NCBI GenBank assembly: GCA_017472965.1 | Contig: JAFUNR010000050.1 | Location: forward strand, 22,112-86,111 | Length of the DNA stretch: 64,000 nucleotides | Direction of reading: 5' to 3' | From: Oscillospiraceae bacterium | Lineage (GTDB): Bacteria; Bacillota; Clostridia; Oscillospirales; Ruminococcaceae | Shown: positions 62,950-64,000 of the stretch, piece by piece | Layout: every line of letters starts with the position of its first letter | How positions within the stretch are numbered: the stretch's first letter is position 1 | Translations under genes and position numbers: made by a program | Notes under the pieces: model-generated | What the model was told of the DNA's origin: nothing | Database searches by the model: none | The model's input: only the letters and a program-made list of their open reading frames with translations

Positions 62950-62964
62950 AAGGAGAAAACCATC

Positions 62965-64000
62965 ATGTTCAACCTGAAAAAGCTCACCGTGGATTACCGC
63001 GAAGCGCCGCTGGGCGTGGAGAGCCGCACCCCGCGCTTCGGCTGGCAGGCCGAGGCGGACACCTGCGATTTTATGCAGAGCAGCTGCCGTATCCGTGTGG
63101 CCACCACCCGCGAAAAGCTGGAGGACCCCGATTGCTGGGATTCCGGTGTACTGACTACCCCCCGCAGCGAGAATATCGTCTATGCCGGCGCACCGCTGCA
63201 GGCGGCCGGTATCTACTGGTTCCGTGTGTCGGTCTGCGCTGCCGACGGGCAGACAGCAAGCGCGGATTCCTGCTTTGAAACGGCGCTGTACAATGAAAAT
63301 TTCACCGCGAAATGGATCGCACAGTCCCGCCCCCGTGCCGGTTGGGCGCCCTATCTGCGGCGGGAGTTCACCGTCAGAAAGCCTGTGGTGCGGGCGCGGC
63401 TGTATTTCAGCGGTCTGGGCTACGGCGAGGCGTGGCTCAACGGCGAACGGGTCACGCAGAATGTGCTGGAGCCGATGATCACCAATTATGAAAAGCTGGT
63501 GGAGTACGCCGCCTACGATGTCACCGGACAGGTACGCATCGGCGGCAATGCGCTGGGTGCGGTGCTGGGCTGCGGCTTCTATAATCAGGACCGTGTCTGG
63601 TGTGACGGCACTCTGTATTACGGTGCCGCCCGCCTGCTGGCCGAGCTGCACCTGTGGTACGCCGACGGCACCAAAGAGGTGATCGGCACCGATGAAAGCT
63701 GGCAGTGCGATTACAGCCCCATCACGCTGAACAATGTGTACGGCGGCGAGACCTATGATGCCCGTCTGGAGCAGCCCGGCTGGTGCCGTGCCGGTTTTGA
63801 TGCGGCGGGCTGGACGGCAGCCGTTGAAATGCCCGCCCCCGGCGGCGAGCTGGTCTGCCGCCAGATGCCGCCCATCCGCCGCACCCGCCGTGTGCAGCCG
63901 GTGAGCATCGGGCATCTGCACCCCGGCAGCATCGATCAGACATGGATCGTGGATATGGGCGAAAACTTTGCCGGCTGGGCAAAGATCAACATCCCCTATT
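62965..64000 (+). CDS. Alpha-L-rhamnosidase (GH78), 5' partial. Runs off the window end, so it is absent from the ORF track.
   Basis: My own translation from the ATG at 62965 gives MFNLKKLTVDYREAPLGVESRTPRFGWQAEAD..., the classical GH78 N-terminus, then GLGYGEAWLNGERV. AAAGGAG RBS. No stop seen in the stretches of this frame I translated. Confidence 0.8.
   Translation, partial: MFNLKKLTVDYREAPLGVESRTPRFGWQAEADTCDFMQSSCRIRVATTREKLEDPDCWDSGVLTTPRSENIVYAGAPLQAAGIYWFRVSVCAADGQTASADSCFETALYNENFTAKWIAQSRPRAGWAPYLRREFTVRKPVVRARLYFSGLGYGEAWLNGERVTQNVLEPMITNYEKLVEYAAYDVTGQVRIGGNALGAVLGCGFYNQDRVWCDGTLYYGAARLLAELHLWYADGTKEVIGTDESWQCDYSPITLNNVYGGETYDARLEQPGWCRAGFDAAGWTAAVEMPAPGGELVCRQMPPIRRTRRVQPVSIGHLHPGSIDQTWIVDMGENFAGWAKINIPY

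Noticed and set aside
62922-63278. The ORF-track entry 62922-63278 (118 aa) and the other short ORFs after 62949.
   Set aside because: They overlap, out of frame, the frame starting at 62965 that has an unmistakable GH78 N-terminus. That frame has no stop in the window, so it is missing from the track.

Overview
High-GC Clostridia-like chromosomal segment. A hand-counted 100-nt flank sample is about 66% GC. It is densely coding, with about 52 CDS. I saw no rRNA, tRNA, CRISPR array, transposase or integrase. Left to right: (1) a minus-strand cell-shape and division cluster (zapA, U32 peptidase, DUF4321, maf, mreBCD, PBP2); (2) glycogen phosphorylase plus a GH13 enzyme; (3) an M42 peptidase, a DD-carboxypeptidase and a metallophosphoesterase; (4) an OmpR-type response regulator, a histidine kinase and an HtrA protease; (5) rpe followed by an orphan, degenerate rnfD/E/A-like membrane triad; (6) prs overlapping a large SGNH/B-repeat surface protein; (7) a HAD hydrolase, a flavin reductase, and a GtrB-like GT2 with a 725-aa polytopic membrane protein; (8) coaW, a NodB deacetylase and tldD/pmbA; (9) a URO-D-family gene, two GH43 genes and an unknown 426-aa gene; (10) a 1.4-kb low-GC island (about 35% GC in a hand-counted sample) flanked by two copies of a 36-nt palindromic terminator, carrying an XRE repressor, a 275-aa unknown protein and a 47-aa Cys-rich protein; (11) a tandem-PII protein plus DUF1538 membrane protein; (12) nrdD-nrdG-dut, with nrdD interrupted by an in-frame TAG just upstream of its Zn-ribbon and glycyl-radical motif; (13) a C-S lyase aminotransferase, an unknown 456-aa protein, a GNAT, DUF1846, a carboxylesterase, an orphan MalG-type permease, a MATE pump and two GH78-like rhamnosidase genes, the last running off the window. 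The best candidates for novelty are the low-GC island, the Cys-depleted RnfDEA-like triad and the nrdD amber codon. None of the 51 scorable CDS stops I called is TAG. All functional calls come from reading the translated ORFs and recalling family motifs; no database search was possible.
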